A stretch of 60,578 nt of DNA, counting the filler, from Sphacelaria rigidula (Eukaryota): assembly GCA_964200075.2 (NCBI GenBank). It is 5 parts of 5 records of this genome, joined end to end, with 100 filler letters (N's around TTAATTAATTAA, not from the genome) between each part and the next. Parts side by side here need not be neighbours in the genome. Positions count along the whole stretch, not along the records: positions 1 to 12,038 come from CAXNAA020004205.1; 4 more parts are not named here. One strand, given 5' to 3'. Both the position numbers and the translations under genes were made by a program. How positions within the stretch are numbered: the stretch's first letter is position 1; each line of letters starts with the position of its first letter. A model generated the notes under the pieces. The model searched no databases. It saw only the letters and a list, made by a program, of their open reading frames with translations, and was not told where the DNA came from. Shown one piece after another: positions 1 through 12,138 of this stretch.

Positions 1-1187
1 AACAGCGCACTCAGGATGGAGTTCCATCCCGCTATGACCCATCCTGAAGCGAGTTTGACCCCAACGGCGGTTGTCCCGACCAGCGGTGCCACCATGCTGG
101 GATCTGCTCGGATCTGCAGAGTGCGAACGACAGCCCGAACACACATGAAAAACAGAAACAGGAACAGAGCAACCACCGATCGAGTTTCAGGTGTGCCATC
201 ACGTGCAGTGCAGACAGCACGAGTCGCTGAAAGGGTGACGCACGAATTGCACTGCACTGTGGTGAGTAAAGGCCAACCTAGCGGACGAAAAGCAGACATA
301 CACGGACAACATCGATCAAAAGACGACAGGTCCCCGAGCAGACGAATCTCTGACGGCCAAGCTAGGGCTTGACTGCACCAAATATTGTTCCTCATTCATT
401 TGCGTGTTCGTTTCGTCTACAGTATGTCTACAGTATGTCTCTGCTCTTGTTGTCCGCCGTTTTGGTGGCGTTTGTTCACAGCGCCAACTTCTTCTGCTGC
501 CCTTTATTGGCGTAAGGAACAGGGCTTGAAAACGTCAAACAAGAAACAGCCGAAGAATGGGTACAAGCAAGCAGGAAACGCGACATTGGTTCACGTCACG
601 CAGAGTAAGAAATGGTCTTCACGCCTGCTGCGGACCGCCACTAGTTGACGCAGCGGCTCTCCAAGAGGCCTTAAACTTGGGCCTGTTGGTGGAGGTCATC
701 AGGGGTCAGCGTGGGTGTTTAAAGTGTACATAGAAAACATAATATTGACTGAACCATTCATTTGCACCTTGTCCGTGTGTACGTGTTCGTTTCGTGGCGC
801 TGCTACACCTGTCCACACCCACAATTATGAGAATTCGGTGCCCGTGCACAAGGTGCTGTACCCTGTCACCGCTGGTCGAAGGTAAGGGAAAAAAAATGAA
901 AAACTGGATCAGGCGAGCCGTGTTTTGTTCCTCAAATGAGAAAGGGAAGAGAAGGGGAAACGGATCATTGAAGCAGGCCCAACGTTAAGACGTTGAGCCA
1001 TGACCCAATCAGGTGTTAATCATAGCGAATCGGGACCTGTAGTGAGAGGATCTTGCAAGCTGATTATATTCACTTCTAAGCCCTCGCTGAATGTGTGGCG
1101 ACGTGATGACCTCAGAGTTAGAGACGATGTAGTGTCTTCAAGTAGCACTAGGAAAAATAACCCTGCTACGAGTGCAGCACCCTCGTC
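1..1187 (-). CDS. Tentative internal exons of an unidentified gene (1187-1111, 682-623, 256-244, 113-<1)
   Basis: Four AG/GT-bounded segments with compatible phases (2,2,0) splice to DEGAALVAGLFFLVLLEDTTSSLTLRPKFKASWRAAASTSGGPQQAAVQFIRADPSMVAPLVGTTAVGVKLASGWVIAGWNSILSAL. There is a strong pyrimidine tract before 113, but some donors are weak and no family was recognised. Confidence 0.35.
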
Positions 1188-2333
1188 CTGTTCCGGACAC
1201 TTTCCAGAGTCTCGAATGCGCACATTCCTGTATTACTGTTGTAACGGCCATGGGCTTGGCGGTCAGACCCCGTTCTCGACGATGATGGAGAGAAACCCTC
1301 CCACCCCATTTTCGCACGTTCCCCCTCTGCACATGTTCCCAGGAAGATGGGCGACTTTTCTGCTCTGTTATATTGGTTTTTTTTTGTTTCCAATTTCCAG
1401 ATTTAGAAAGTGATGGGCAACACCCCGACAAGCGGCGCTGCGACGATATTGGGGTTGTTGGCATGACACTATGTTGTGGGATCTGGAATGTAGGACGTGG
1501 GCCCAACCGTTCAGGATGAAAGTGTCGTTCTTCAATTCCCTTGGAGTGATGGTAACAAAACTGACGGACAGTTTCCAACCACCATTGGGGACCCGCTGTA
1601 TCCACACATAAAACGGGATCCTGAAAAATGGGAACGCGATTTTTCTACGGAAACGAACTGAAGTCGGAATCACATCTAGTATTGCACCTCGTACCGGATA
1701 AAACGAAGCTTTGAACGGTTTAAAGGTGCGTTTGACCCGGTACTAGTTATATAATTCTTTATGTAATTTCGCCCCCAGTCCGTCCCCATGGTAAAGTCTC
1801 GTTCCCGTTTCTCAGGATCCTGTACAACATACTATACTTGAAAGAAAAAAACTTCGATACCGCCCCTGACGAAGACCTTTAAAAAAACTGGTCTACAAAA
1901 ATGGTGATTTCGAGAAGACTCACAGCGACTATGGTGATCGTGGGCACAAATGTATCCGAGAGGTGGTTTGGCGAAGACATGTCATCCGCTCTATCAAGGG
2001 ATGGCCTCAGAATGGGTCTTAGCGGCATGATAGAGTGGAAATCAACCATATTGATGTTTACGATTTATTTTCGAAAGTGGGGTTGAACATTAAATTGAGG
2101 TTCAATTCCAAAATCATGCTTTTCCCCGACCTAAAGTCATCACAAATTATTTTCATATGGACGAGCCCACGCCCCCGACATCCCTGAAACTATTTATGGG
2201 GATTTCCCGTTTTCCCTCCCCCCAAAGGGGTTAGACACCCGTGAGACAGTGTAAAGGCCATGGCTGTCTCTGGAAGTGGCGATACCAGACAATGAAGCAG
2301 CTCATTGTTGGCTGTCATCCGAATGCAAGATAA

Positions 2334-2385
2334 TCAGTAGGCTTCGGGCCGTTTGACTATGGCATGCATGATCATGAGTACACCC
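2334..2385 (+). mobile_element. Short copy of the poly(C)-tailed repeat family
   Basis: TGACTATGGCATGCATGATCATGAGTACACCC matches the copies at 32106, 35086 and 41222. Confidence 0.7.
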
Positions 2386-2391
2386 AAAGGG

Positions 2392-2483
2392 AAGGGTATG
2401 TGCGAAAGAACCTTGGTGCCTAGATTTCGGGGTGGAAAAAGGGGCGCGTTTAGCCCAAAAATCGTGCTTTCACACATACCCTT
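2392..2483. mobile_element. ~92-bp MITE-like element
   Basis: 17-bp terminal inverted repeats AAGGGTATGTGCGAAAG / CTTTCACACATACCCTT with 1 mismatch. Confidence 0.5.
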
Positions 2484-3049
2484 GGTGCAGCGGAAGACTG
2501 GAACCTCTAAAATTAGTTTCAAGGTGGTCGGGGGGTATGAACTCCTTCATATGAGAGTCATTTTTCATGACTCAGGTAAAGGGAAAGCACTGTTTCGGAG
2601 TTGAACCTCAACTTAATGTCCAACCCCACTTTCGAGGAGACTCTCTTAGAGAACGACAAAAAGAAAGACATCATCTGAGACGCGGTAAAACAGCGGAACA
2701 AAGGATTTCGTGACGAACGAAGACAGAAAAAAATGCACCACTCGAGATTCAATGCAGATTTGGGTATACGAAAAGCAGAGGACAGGAGAGAAATTATGTA
2801 CCTACTTTTAAGGACTATGACTGTTTATTTGGTGTTTCGGATGAGCGGATTTGATGAGAGGGTTGGAATGGGTTTGGGGTTGTTTCAAGGGCTTTTGTTC
2901 GAGGGCAGACAATTTCATCTCAGATCCGTTGAAACAACCAAAGGAAGCATCTCGTGGCAGATACTAAACATATAGTGAGGGAAAACAGAAGCATCGCCTG
3001 AAACGGTACGCTTCATGTAGGCACAGACATATCAGGGTATTTTCTACTC

Positions 3050-3610
3050 CGTATATATTTCATTTGTTGAATTTATTCGTTGTTTATCATTATCCATTAC
3101 ACTTATTTCACATGTTCCCTTTACGACTTCTTATTCATGAAATTCAGTTCTGTGGAGTTTCATAGAGCTTTACTGATTGAATTTATTTTCATTCATTCTT
3201 GTTTCTGTTCGTTGCCTTTACTTCTTAGTTCTTGTTTCTGTTTATTTTTTCCATCTATTTCTGTTCGTTTATTTGAACTATTAATTTACATTCTTGCTTC
3301 ACCTTTTATTTGTATTGATTTACATTATTTTTGTGTGATGTATTTTGATTTGATTTGATTTGATTGTTTTAATATTTGTATTTTTTTACTCTGCTTATTC
3401 ATTTCCACTCTTTTGTTTCATCCATTTGTACTTATTCATCTATTTTCTATATCATGCATTTTTAGTGTTACTTTCACTTTTTTACTATTGATATTGTATT
3501 TGATTTTAAAACTCAAGTATTCATACTTCTTTTATTATTTTATTTTTTCATCCAGTATTCTTTATTTAAATTTCAGCAATTTTTGTTTGATTCGTTTTAT
3601 ATTATTTCTG
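3050..3610. repeat. T-rich low-complexity tract
   Basis: Strongly T-biased sequence including (TTTGA)n. The ORFs here are F/L/I-rich compositional artefacts. Confidence 0.8.
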
Positions 3611-3767
3611 CATGTACGTATGACAAGGGTACGTGGATGGTATGCCCCCCCACCCCCCCCATTCCCCCCCGCCGCACATACGCTTTTTTGGAAGATAGTA
3701 GGTGAAGCGCAGCTGAAGTAAAGGAGTGTAGGCGCTGAAATGTTGACACGACATTTTATCCTCAGAA

Positions 3768-4020
3768 GAGACATCCTCGATAGGGGGGGGGGGGGATTTT
3801 GGGCCATTTGTTGCTCGAAATTTTGAGTCAGATCGTCGTTGAAAGCAGCAACGGTTGTTCGAACAAGCTTGTTGTGGATCAATAACGCTCATCCATACTG
3901 CCTGACACCGTTTGGAACCAAATACAAGCGCGGCGTAAGTGTGGAAGGATGTCTGACACACTTACGAGCCTATTTTTTCGTGCAACCAAATACCCCCCCC
4001 CCCCTCTCGTAGGATGACTC
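3768..4020. repeat. Inverted copies of a poly(C)-TMTCG(T)AGGATG(A/T)CTC motif; third copy near 12190-12230
   Basis: GAGACATCCTCGATA(G)n at 3768 is inverted relative to (C)nTCTCGTAGGATGACTC ending at 4020. (C)nTATATCGTAGGATGACTC also occurs in contig 2. Confidence 0.6.
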
Positions 4021-4243
4021 GGAAGGCAAAACATTGTTCATGATAAGAGGGAAAAAAATATATCGGGCGATTCGAAATTTTTACAAAAACTAGAAAATGC
4101 CATAATTCCATTAAAAAAAATAAAAGTAAAATGCCCGTATGCCCAAGAATGAATATTCTTTTGCTTGCGTTCAGAAGACCCTGGTAAGATTTCGGCTTAA
4201 AATAACTCGTGAAATTGAGCCGCGCGTGCAACTTTTACGCTGC

Positions 4244-4697
4244 ACCCCGGTGGTCCAACTGATAGAGGTCCCTCCATATACACAGCCCACGACTTCGAAT
4301 CCTCACAGAGCCGTTTTTTTCCTCTTGATCCGGGAGATTTTTTTCTTCCCAACTGTGAGAAAAAACAAAAAAACGATCACCATCGTTCTGACGGTTGGGA
4401 CGTGGGTTCAAATCTCGGAGCGATCTGTGTTTTTTTCCCACACAATGCCCAACAGTGGAGAGGGACTATGTCGCGGGTACACAAAATCCGACTTCATGGT
4501 CGACGAGGAAAAGGGCCTACTGAAACCCCTTCGTGATACAAAAATAAAAGTAAGCACCGCAGAAGGAAGATGGAGAACGAAAAAAAACAAAACAGGAAAA
4601 AACTCCTGTGTTGACCTTCCCCCTGTGAGACCCCGGCTGGTGTGCCCCACCGAAACCGAAAGGCGTGGACCGGCGTCCAGAATAGACGGGACGACAT
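4244..4697 (+). mobile_element. tRNA-derived SINE-like element, copy 1
   Basis: A-box-like GGTGGTCCAACTG, B-box-like TTCGAATCC and a second B-box GTGGGTTCAAATCTC. The body aligns with 6488-6545 + 8447-8667, and the 3' part (CGGCTGGTG...GACCGGCGTCCAGAATAGA) recurs at about 26410-26475. Confidence 0.65.
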
Positions 4698-6545
4698 CGG
4701 GGATTGGATCGAGGAAAAGCATTGCAGCTCAGTCCGAGTTGGATGCTTGTGCCTGTGCTCGTTATATGTGATGATCGGCTTGGAGATCCTCTCTCATGAC
4801 GGAGCTGCTGACGAGCTTGATGCCATCACGCAGCATTCCCAGTGCACTCTTGACTGTCCGTGTCAAAGTTTTCTTATGTAATTCCGCCGCATTGAAAAAA
4901 AAAAAAAGTCGGAGCACTATATTACGCCACGATATAAGACGTACCCGGTACTCAATGCAGTATAATAACATCAACACCAAAACTGTGTCAATCGAGCAGC
5001 GGCGGAGCCGTATGTTACCAGGTAGATCTGCTGTTCACTGGCATATGCTTGCTTGAATCGGGTTGATTCGGGAAACTCAAGAAGTTGTGATGTGCTCACG
5101 GGCTCTACGTGTTGCGGCCGGCGCGGCTCGAATCTGCGGAGATCGTTTCCGTGGGGCATTCCAACCGGACAACCAAATCCTCATGGCACAACAGTACAGT
5201 AGTACAGTACAGGGAAGAAAAAGAGAAGATCCTCTCAGGATCGATACAGTATTGTAGTACTGAGCAACAGGATTCACACAGAAGGCTTCTCTCGCAGCGG
5301 CTGTATGTACTGCTTGACTTGTACACGATATGTTACTGCCGGATCGGTAGCAAATTACCTTTACGGGAAGCGTGAAACATAGGATTCGTCTGATGAAAAG
5401 GCTTCTGGAGATGACTCCAATCAACAAAAGCCAGTACTTCCCGCCACACGCCCAAAAAACAGGTTTGTACTCGTATCTTGCCTTTCAGGCACCAGTCCGC
5501 CGGTCGGCCTTCCAACGCAACGCGCATTAACCAGAGGCCGTCTATTACGTGAACCTATCGAAGCACGCACAAGATTCGTACATTGCGTACTCACCAAGTT
5601 GCAGTCTTGTTTATATCTCCATATCTATGCATGCTGCCACGAGCGGTGTCTGCGTGTAGTGAGTGCTACCCCCAGCAACTGTTTTTTTTCTTTATACGAG
5701 TAACGAAACACGCCTCTGCCAGAACGGTGGATGATGGCAATTGTTCGTATCTCTCATAGAGGATCCGCACGTGCTGTACATGAAGGAGCGGACTAAACGG
5801 CATCGACCTGGAGGAAGGAGTGGACGCGACGACGTTCGAGGTATTTTGAAATATAGACAGGCAGCTCCTCCGGCGAGTTGCAATGATGACAGTAGTGTAT
5901 GCAACGAGTAATGACAGAATCCGCGCGGGCTAAGGTGAATACCACCCCTCCCTGTGAAACCCAGCCTCCTGTGTTATGGGAGAGCACGACGCTCGTGTAG
6001 CGCCACCGGCAGATCTGCGTAGGATCATCTCGCCATGAAGAGACCATAAGCTTTCCGCAGCAAGAATATTTGTTGAAATCTGTCCGTGCTGTAAATGAAA
6101 CGACTTGGCTGGAGTTTGTAACTTGTACAGATATCGCGGCGTCTGAAGTGCTTTTGGGAGGGCTATCAATCGCTGGTTTGTGTGTTGTATGGGTACTGGG
6201 AGGAATTGAGGCAGACTTCGATGAGGACATGAATTCGGATACATACTACAGCTGTACATTACTATTATTGTCATTACTTGATCTATCAACTTTTTCTACT
6301 CCGATGCGTCCTATTTTTGGGATGGTGGTAAAAAACGTGACACTAAATCGGGCGCAACTGACAAATTGAGCATCTACGTGGAACCCTGTATGGGTGCTAC
6401 GTATTTGTGTGTGCTATGATGCGACGCGGCCTGTCGTGCACAAGGGGATACGTCTGCTGCAGAATCCGCATATTTTTCTATCGCGCGCTGACGGTTGGGT
6501 CGTGGGTTCAAATCTCGATGAAGTCACACGATCTAGGATATTTTT

Positions 6546-8446
6546 CAAGGTTGTGTTCTGTAGGGTACGGGTATGTTCTGTAGGGTACGGGTATGTTATG
6601 TAGGGTACGGTATGTTCTGTAGAGTATGGGAAGCCTTACAGATATTACGGAAATATCGGGTACCCCAAGGAAAGAGTAACAGAAATTACAAAACTGTCGG
6701 GTACCGGTTCAAAAGTCTCACAGAAATTACAACACTTGTCGGCTAGGGTGTGGGAGGCTTACAGAAAACCATACCGACAACCGGGTGTTTTTTCAAGGGC
6801 ATACCCGTCCTCCGGGTACGGGTAGACATTCTGTACAGAACTCACAGGTCTGTCGGGTAAGGGTATGGAAGGCTTACAGAACTCACCGAAATTGTCGGGT
6901 ACGGTATAGAGGTTGCACAGAAAACTGTACCCGCGACCGGGTACCTTATCAAGAGCATGCCAGTGCCCCCCGGTAACGGGACGGGAGGCTTATAGAACTC
7001 CCAGAACTATCGAATAGGGGTCTGAAAGTCTTACAGGTTTACGTAACTGTCGGATACCGGTGTGAGCGTCTTACAGAGTATACGTAACTGTGGGGTACCG
7101 GTATGAAAGCCTTACAGGAATCACAGAACTTTCGGGTACGGTAAATACCCGGAAAAAAATACCCCGGGTATACAGAAAACCGTGCCCCGCAGAATACAAC
7201 CTCGGTATCATCACCCCTGTGGTGGGACCTACGTCACCACAGTTTACTACGGATGACAGTTCATGAACATTCTGGACGGCTTCGTGGGGTCGACAGAGAA
7301 AGACTGCACGAATACTCGCAGTAGTACATGTGCACGGGATCGTTAGCATTTATCGGCTCCACGTACACTCCCTGTGAGTACATGAAGAAACTTTCATGAC
7401 TGCCCGCTGCCTGAAAGCCCTTCGGCACCGCAAAATCGTCGACGGCCTTGACGACTTCCGGTGGCAGCTCACACTCTTTGCTGTGCATGTCGATAGCGGC
7501 CTGGGGTTTGACGACCACGACACAACCCCCATCAACGTCAATGACCTGCATCTTACTACTTGGTCCGCGTGGTGGCGCAGATGAACTGTCCCTGCTCAAG
7601 CCACCTCTCGAGTCTGGGGGTGATCCATCCTGGCGGTCTGCAGTGCTACTCATGTTTTGTGTTTCCACTCAGCAATACCTCATAGCCCGTCGGATTCCAA
7701 ACTAAAGAACTTTCCAACACTGGAATTTTGTTGGTATGCGGTGTTGAATGAAGGAGTAGGGTGGGTTGATTGATGGGAGGTGCATGTTCAGGCCATGGGG
7801 TTGTGTTCTGATTAAACCTACAGCCACATGTCCCAGAGTATATAACTGTGCTCGTATCTGCAATCGGGTATATCTACAGCGGTATACCCTGAGCCCGGGT
7901 AGAGGTATGAGAGGCTCATAGAACTCACAGAAATATCGGGTACCCCAAGAAAAGAGTTACAGAGATTACAAAACTGTCGGGTACCGGTTCAAAAGTCTCA
8001 CAGAAATTACAACACTCGTCGGCTAGGGTGTGGGAGGCTTACAGAAAACCATACCGACAACCGGGTATTTCTTCAAGGGCATACCCGTCCTCCGGGTACG
8101 GGTAGACATTCTGTACAGAACTCACAGGTCTGTCGGGTAAGGGTATGGAAGGCTTACAGAACTCACCGAAATTGTCGGGTACGGTATGGAGGTTGCACAG
8201 AAAACTGCTATGTACCCGCAACCGGGTATCTTATCAAGAGCATACCCGTGCCCCCCAGTAACGGGACGGGAGGCTTATAGAACTCCCAGAACTATCGAAT
8301 AGGGGTCTGAAAGTCTTACAGGTTTACGTAACTGTCGGACACCGGTATGAAAGTCTTCCAGACGTCACAGAACTTTCCGGTACTGTAAATACCCGGGGAA
8401 GTACCTCGCGTATACAGAAAACCGTACCCTACAGAACATAACCTTG
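6546..8446. mobile_element. Non-autonomous hAT-type DNA transposon built from two directly repeated ~650-bp modules flanking cargo
   Basis: 25-bp TIRs CAAGGTTGTGTTCTGTAGGGTACGG / CCGTACCCTACAGAACATAACCTTG. Imperfect 8-bp TSD ATATTTTT / ATGTTTCT. ~40-bp subterminal repeats (TTACAGAA...TGTCGGGTAC). About 6640-7200 is repeated at 7920-8440. Confidence 0.8.
7261..7653 (-). pseudogene. Truncated ORF, probably the N-terminus of a transposase (start of a BED-finger-like region)
   Basis: MSSTADRQDG...FFMYSQGVYVEPINANDPVHMYYC lies between the two modules. The rest of the finger and the catalytic domain are absent; the transposase identity is inferred. Confidence 0.45.
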
Positions 8447-10595
8447 ATGTTTCTCTCACATCACATCCAACAGTGCAGTGGTTAGTAGCAACTATTATAT
8501 GTCGTCAGTACAAAAAAATCAACTTTCCCGTCGACGAAGGAAAGGAACTGCCGAAACCTTCTCGCGACAGACAAAAAAGGCAAGCGCCACAGGAAGGACG
8601 GGGGTGTACTAAAAAAACAGAATGTGTGGGAGACGTTCCTTATGTGTGACCCCGGCCGATGCCCCCATACTTCCTCTGCCCCATAAGTGACACTTTCTGC
8701 GAGAGCCTCGCCCCCCCAAACCAGCCCAAAAGTGTCACGAAAAAATAGTCATACAGCGCCTGGTATTTGGTTTCAGACTGCATGAGGCGCCTCACATGGG
8801 TGACATTGGCGAGTACGAACCCGAGCGTGGGAATTCTCAACTGCTCGTTGTGCTCGGATTTTTCCATTTCGATTTACGCGGAGATTTTGACTTCCCAAAC
8901 CAGGCACATTGGGGGGGGGGGGGAGGGGCTATCGTAGAAAGTGTTAAGTCGGTCGGTTATGTTCGTACGAGCCCTTCCTTACCCGTGTCTGATCTGATTT
9001 TCGATGTTTTTTTTCAGTTTCTCGTCTGTTTTTTAGTCAGAAGAATATACAGGCTGGGCCGTCGAAGAAGCGGGCTTTCCTTCAGTCGGTCCTCACTGAC
9101 GATCTATCGCGAGTTGTGCCTACTATGACACATCGGGGTAATCTACAAATCGAAGCGCGTCCTTCACTTCACGTAGCACTACTGCGATCTGACAAGTTTC
9201 CATCAAACGAAATACCAAACTGCAGTCAGCTGCGAAGTGAAGAGTGTTGAGGGTGGCATATGCGGCGGAATGAGGGGAAAAACCGGCTGAAATCGCATTT
9301 ACGGTTGAAGCCGGTTGTGCCATGGCCGCAAAGTGATGGTGCTGCACTATTATAGTTGTGGTTGTACAACAATGCATGTCGTACTGTAGGCACGCAGTGT
9401 CTGAGATCGCAGGCAGACAAGACCTCCAGAGCGCCAAGGCGCCTGGTTGTAGTGTGCGAATCGGTGAGCAGTGTGTGAACAAAGCTTGCAGAAAACGTCA
9501 GAGCTCCGGCTGAGGTTGTTGTACTCTAATACAAGTGAACCGGTTCTCAACAGAAAGACGCGATTTCACTGCTCAATTCCAAGTCGTTTTCCATGAAATG
9601 TTGACACGATGTACATGAGGTATGTGTAAATCCCCTACCGTTCCCCCCTCATGTTTTTTTTTCCCTCGTGAGTCGTTGATGATCTATATTTCGGATTTTT
9701 GTTTTCGGTACAAAAGCGTCGACAACTTATTGAAAAAGAAAAACGTCAAGGGGGGACAGTGGGGACTTCGCAACATACCTCATGCACATCGTGCAAAATT
9801 TTGTGAACTAAAACTTGAAATTGAACAGCATAACCGCCTATCGTTTTTTCGTGGCTGGTTCATCTCCACAAAGGAACCGGTCTTCGACACAAACACGCGA
9901 TTATGCAGCTCAATTGCAGGTCGCTTCCTACGCAATTTTGTCACGATGTACACGACGTGTGTGCGAAGACTCCATCTCCTACCCCCTACACTTTTTCATG
10001 CCTGTGAGTTATCGGCGACCACACATTATAGGGAAAAAATGAAACAAAATCGTGATTAACTCACGGAAAAAACAAAATGTTGGGGGCAGAAGATAGAGTC
10101 TTCGTACATACGTCTTGTGCATCGTGTCGAAATGTCATAGAAAACGCCCCGAAATTGACCTGCATAATCGCGTGTTCACATCCCTGTCCGCGTCTTGGGT
10201 GGGCCAGGCTGTACATGTGTTTTGCAGCTCGCTATTGAACAATGCGGCCGAACGGCCGCAAAAAAATCAGTCGGTCCAAAAATGGCCGTATTTCGCCCCT
10301 TTTTCAGGGGCAAAAAAAGTGACCGATTCTGCTCGTTGACGTTCTTCAGCGTCGATTTGGGCTTTGGCGTTTGTCCACAATTACGTCGGGTACTGGGACC
10401 AACACCGTGGCGTCCGCAAATTGGCCCCAGCCAGCCCTTGGGCTCCCTCACCTCGCCCGATGGAATAGCGAGCGCAACCTCCATCGCAATCGCATAGCGG
10501 CGACCCAATTGTATCTCGCCACCCGTTCGGCGAGGGGGGCGAGCCCATCTTAATGTGATGTCTGTGGGCTAGGTGTAGGATGTTCAACACGAATT

Positions 10596-10712
10596 GTTGT
10601 TGTCCTTGTTGTTGTTGTTGTTGTTGTTTTCACAGTCGAAACCGTTCCGATATCTGCGCGGTACATTCGTACTGGGCATCTGATGCGGACGCCTTCCGTG
10701 GTCACAGGCTAG
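10596..10712 (-). mobile_element. 3' end of a (CAA)n-tailed non-LTR retroposon
   Basis: (GTT)n abuts GATATCTGCGCGGTAC...GTACTGGGCATCTGATGCGGACGCC...GTGGTCAC. A closely similar copy lies at 15014-15114. Confidence 0.7.
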
Positions 10713-12038
10713 CAGAACAAAAAAAAAAGACCTAGATTATAACCCACGAAACGCGATACAAGCAAAAGAGCGATGAAAAATAAAGAAAAAAGAGGATACC
10801 AGTTCTCCAAGTAACTATCAAAATTGTCATAAGGAAAAGGCCAAAATGGGGTATATTCTGATATAATTTTCGAAATGAAAACAAGTTTTTTTTTCTTCTT
10901 TTGCCTCTTTTGATTAGCTCCGTATGCGCTTTATCTTTCTACAGAACCCAACTATAAGATCATCATCAACACCGTTGCACCCAAACAAAAACCGCCCATT
11001 AACGACCAGACTTATGGTACAGAGTAAGTATATACATGTACCTACCAAAAGGTGTAAAGTGACGTACAGAATAGATAGCATGACAACGCATATTAGATGT
11101 CCACGCACATGTGCAATCTTCACAAAAATCCTTCCACGCAGTGAGGATTATCGCACTGGATCGAAAGTACAATAATATCAGGTGGGGCGCTACAGTATAA
11201 CATTACCATGCATGCACACCGTGACAAAAATATTGACGAACTCGCAGCCTGGCTGCTTCCTCCGCGAAGAGAGCATCGTTTAATCTCTCATCGCTGTGCA
11301 TGCATATGATAGTCGAGCGCGACCGCACAGCGCTCTGGTCGATGTCTCATCATCTATGTTGCTGAATATCTTGACTCATCTAAGGCGTATCATCCTGACA
11401 TGGTCTATATGCTACTGCCGTAAGAGCATCACTGATGACAGGTTGTTGATGCAAACAAACACGGAGACAATAGAGGTGACGCGAAGGGTCTTGCATAGGG
11501 CCGTCACTCGGTAGATAACACAGTGGGATGGCGATTACTCTGAGCGGCGACTTGACGAGTGCTGCGTTTTTCAGGCCTCCATGGACGCACCTGTTGTTAA
11601 TAATATGTGAAAAAAAATAGTAGACAGTGCATCAACATCACAACGTGATGGTCTCACGACTCGTGCTTGGCCCCAAAAAAGTGTCTACGGCACAAATAAG
11701 GCGAGCGTCAGCAGGTACCAACAACACAACAAGAAGGTTCCCTCCAACCGTAAAACCAACCAGGGGTGCACCGCGTGCTCTCATCGATCATCGAGGCAAT
11801 CGCATCCTTTCACACTGTCCTGAGACACGAAATACGGCCTGTTGGCGATAGTATACATACGGGATTTTACGAGTTAATTGAGGGTGGCTTCTCTGGGGGA
11901 AGTGAACCTTGGTTGGAAAACTTCATTAGCATCGAAATATTCTCGAAAACAAAACACACATTAATGCATTATCTGGCCGTGATGTGTGGCCTCGCTCGTC
12001 CTTGAGAAGGAACACCCTCCATTCGTAAAAAACCGTGT

Positions 12039-12138
12039 NNNNNNNNNNNNNNNNNNNNNNNNNNNNNNNNNNNNNNNNNNNNTTAATTAATTAANNNNNN
12101 NNNNNNNNNNNNNNNNNNNNNNNNNNNNNNNNNNNNNN
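12039..12138. other. Artificial contig linker
   Basis: N44 + TTAATTAATTAA (stops in all six frames) + N44. Confidence 0.98.

Larger units (their letters stand above)
2071..2634. repeat. Pair of diverged ~155-bp inverted repeats (2071-2225 and 2484-2634)
   Basis: TCGAAAGTGGGGTTGAACATTAAATTGAGGTTCAATTCC at 2071 matches the reverse complement of 2596-2634 with 3 mismatches. Similarity continues inward at lower identity. Confidence 0.75.
6488..8667 (+). mobile_element. SINE-like element, copy 2, split by the hAT-type insertion
   Basis: CTGACGGTTGGGTCGTGGGTTCAAATCTCG precedes the insertion, and CCAACAGTG...GTCGACGAAGGAAAGG...GACCCCGGC follows it. Both parts are colinear with copy 1. Confidence 0.65.

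Noticed and set aside
2640..2720. Minus-strand FYRVSDDVF as a Penelope RT YVDD motif
   Set aside because: No flanking RT motifs, and a stop follows closely.
3080..3721. Hydrophobic ORFs as membrane proteins (also 58198-58758 and 60155-60485)
   Set aside because: They arise from T-rich low-complexity DNA.
5370..5430. Hammerhead ribozyme at CTGATGA (also 11432, 23446, 52637 and 54511)
   Set aside because: I could not find stem II followed by GAAA with compatible stems I and III by eye.
5910..6250. hAT transposase remnant (PPCET...WEST)
   Set aside because: The resemblance is too weak, with no other catalytic motifs.
6620..8440. ~40-bp periodic repeats as a CRISPR-like array
   Set aside because: The units are degenerate with no unique spacers, lie inside TIRs, and there are no cas genes in this eukaryotic context.
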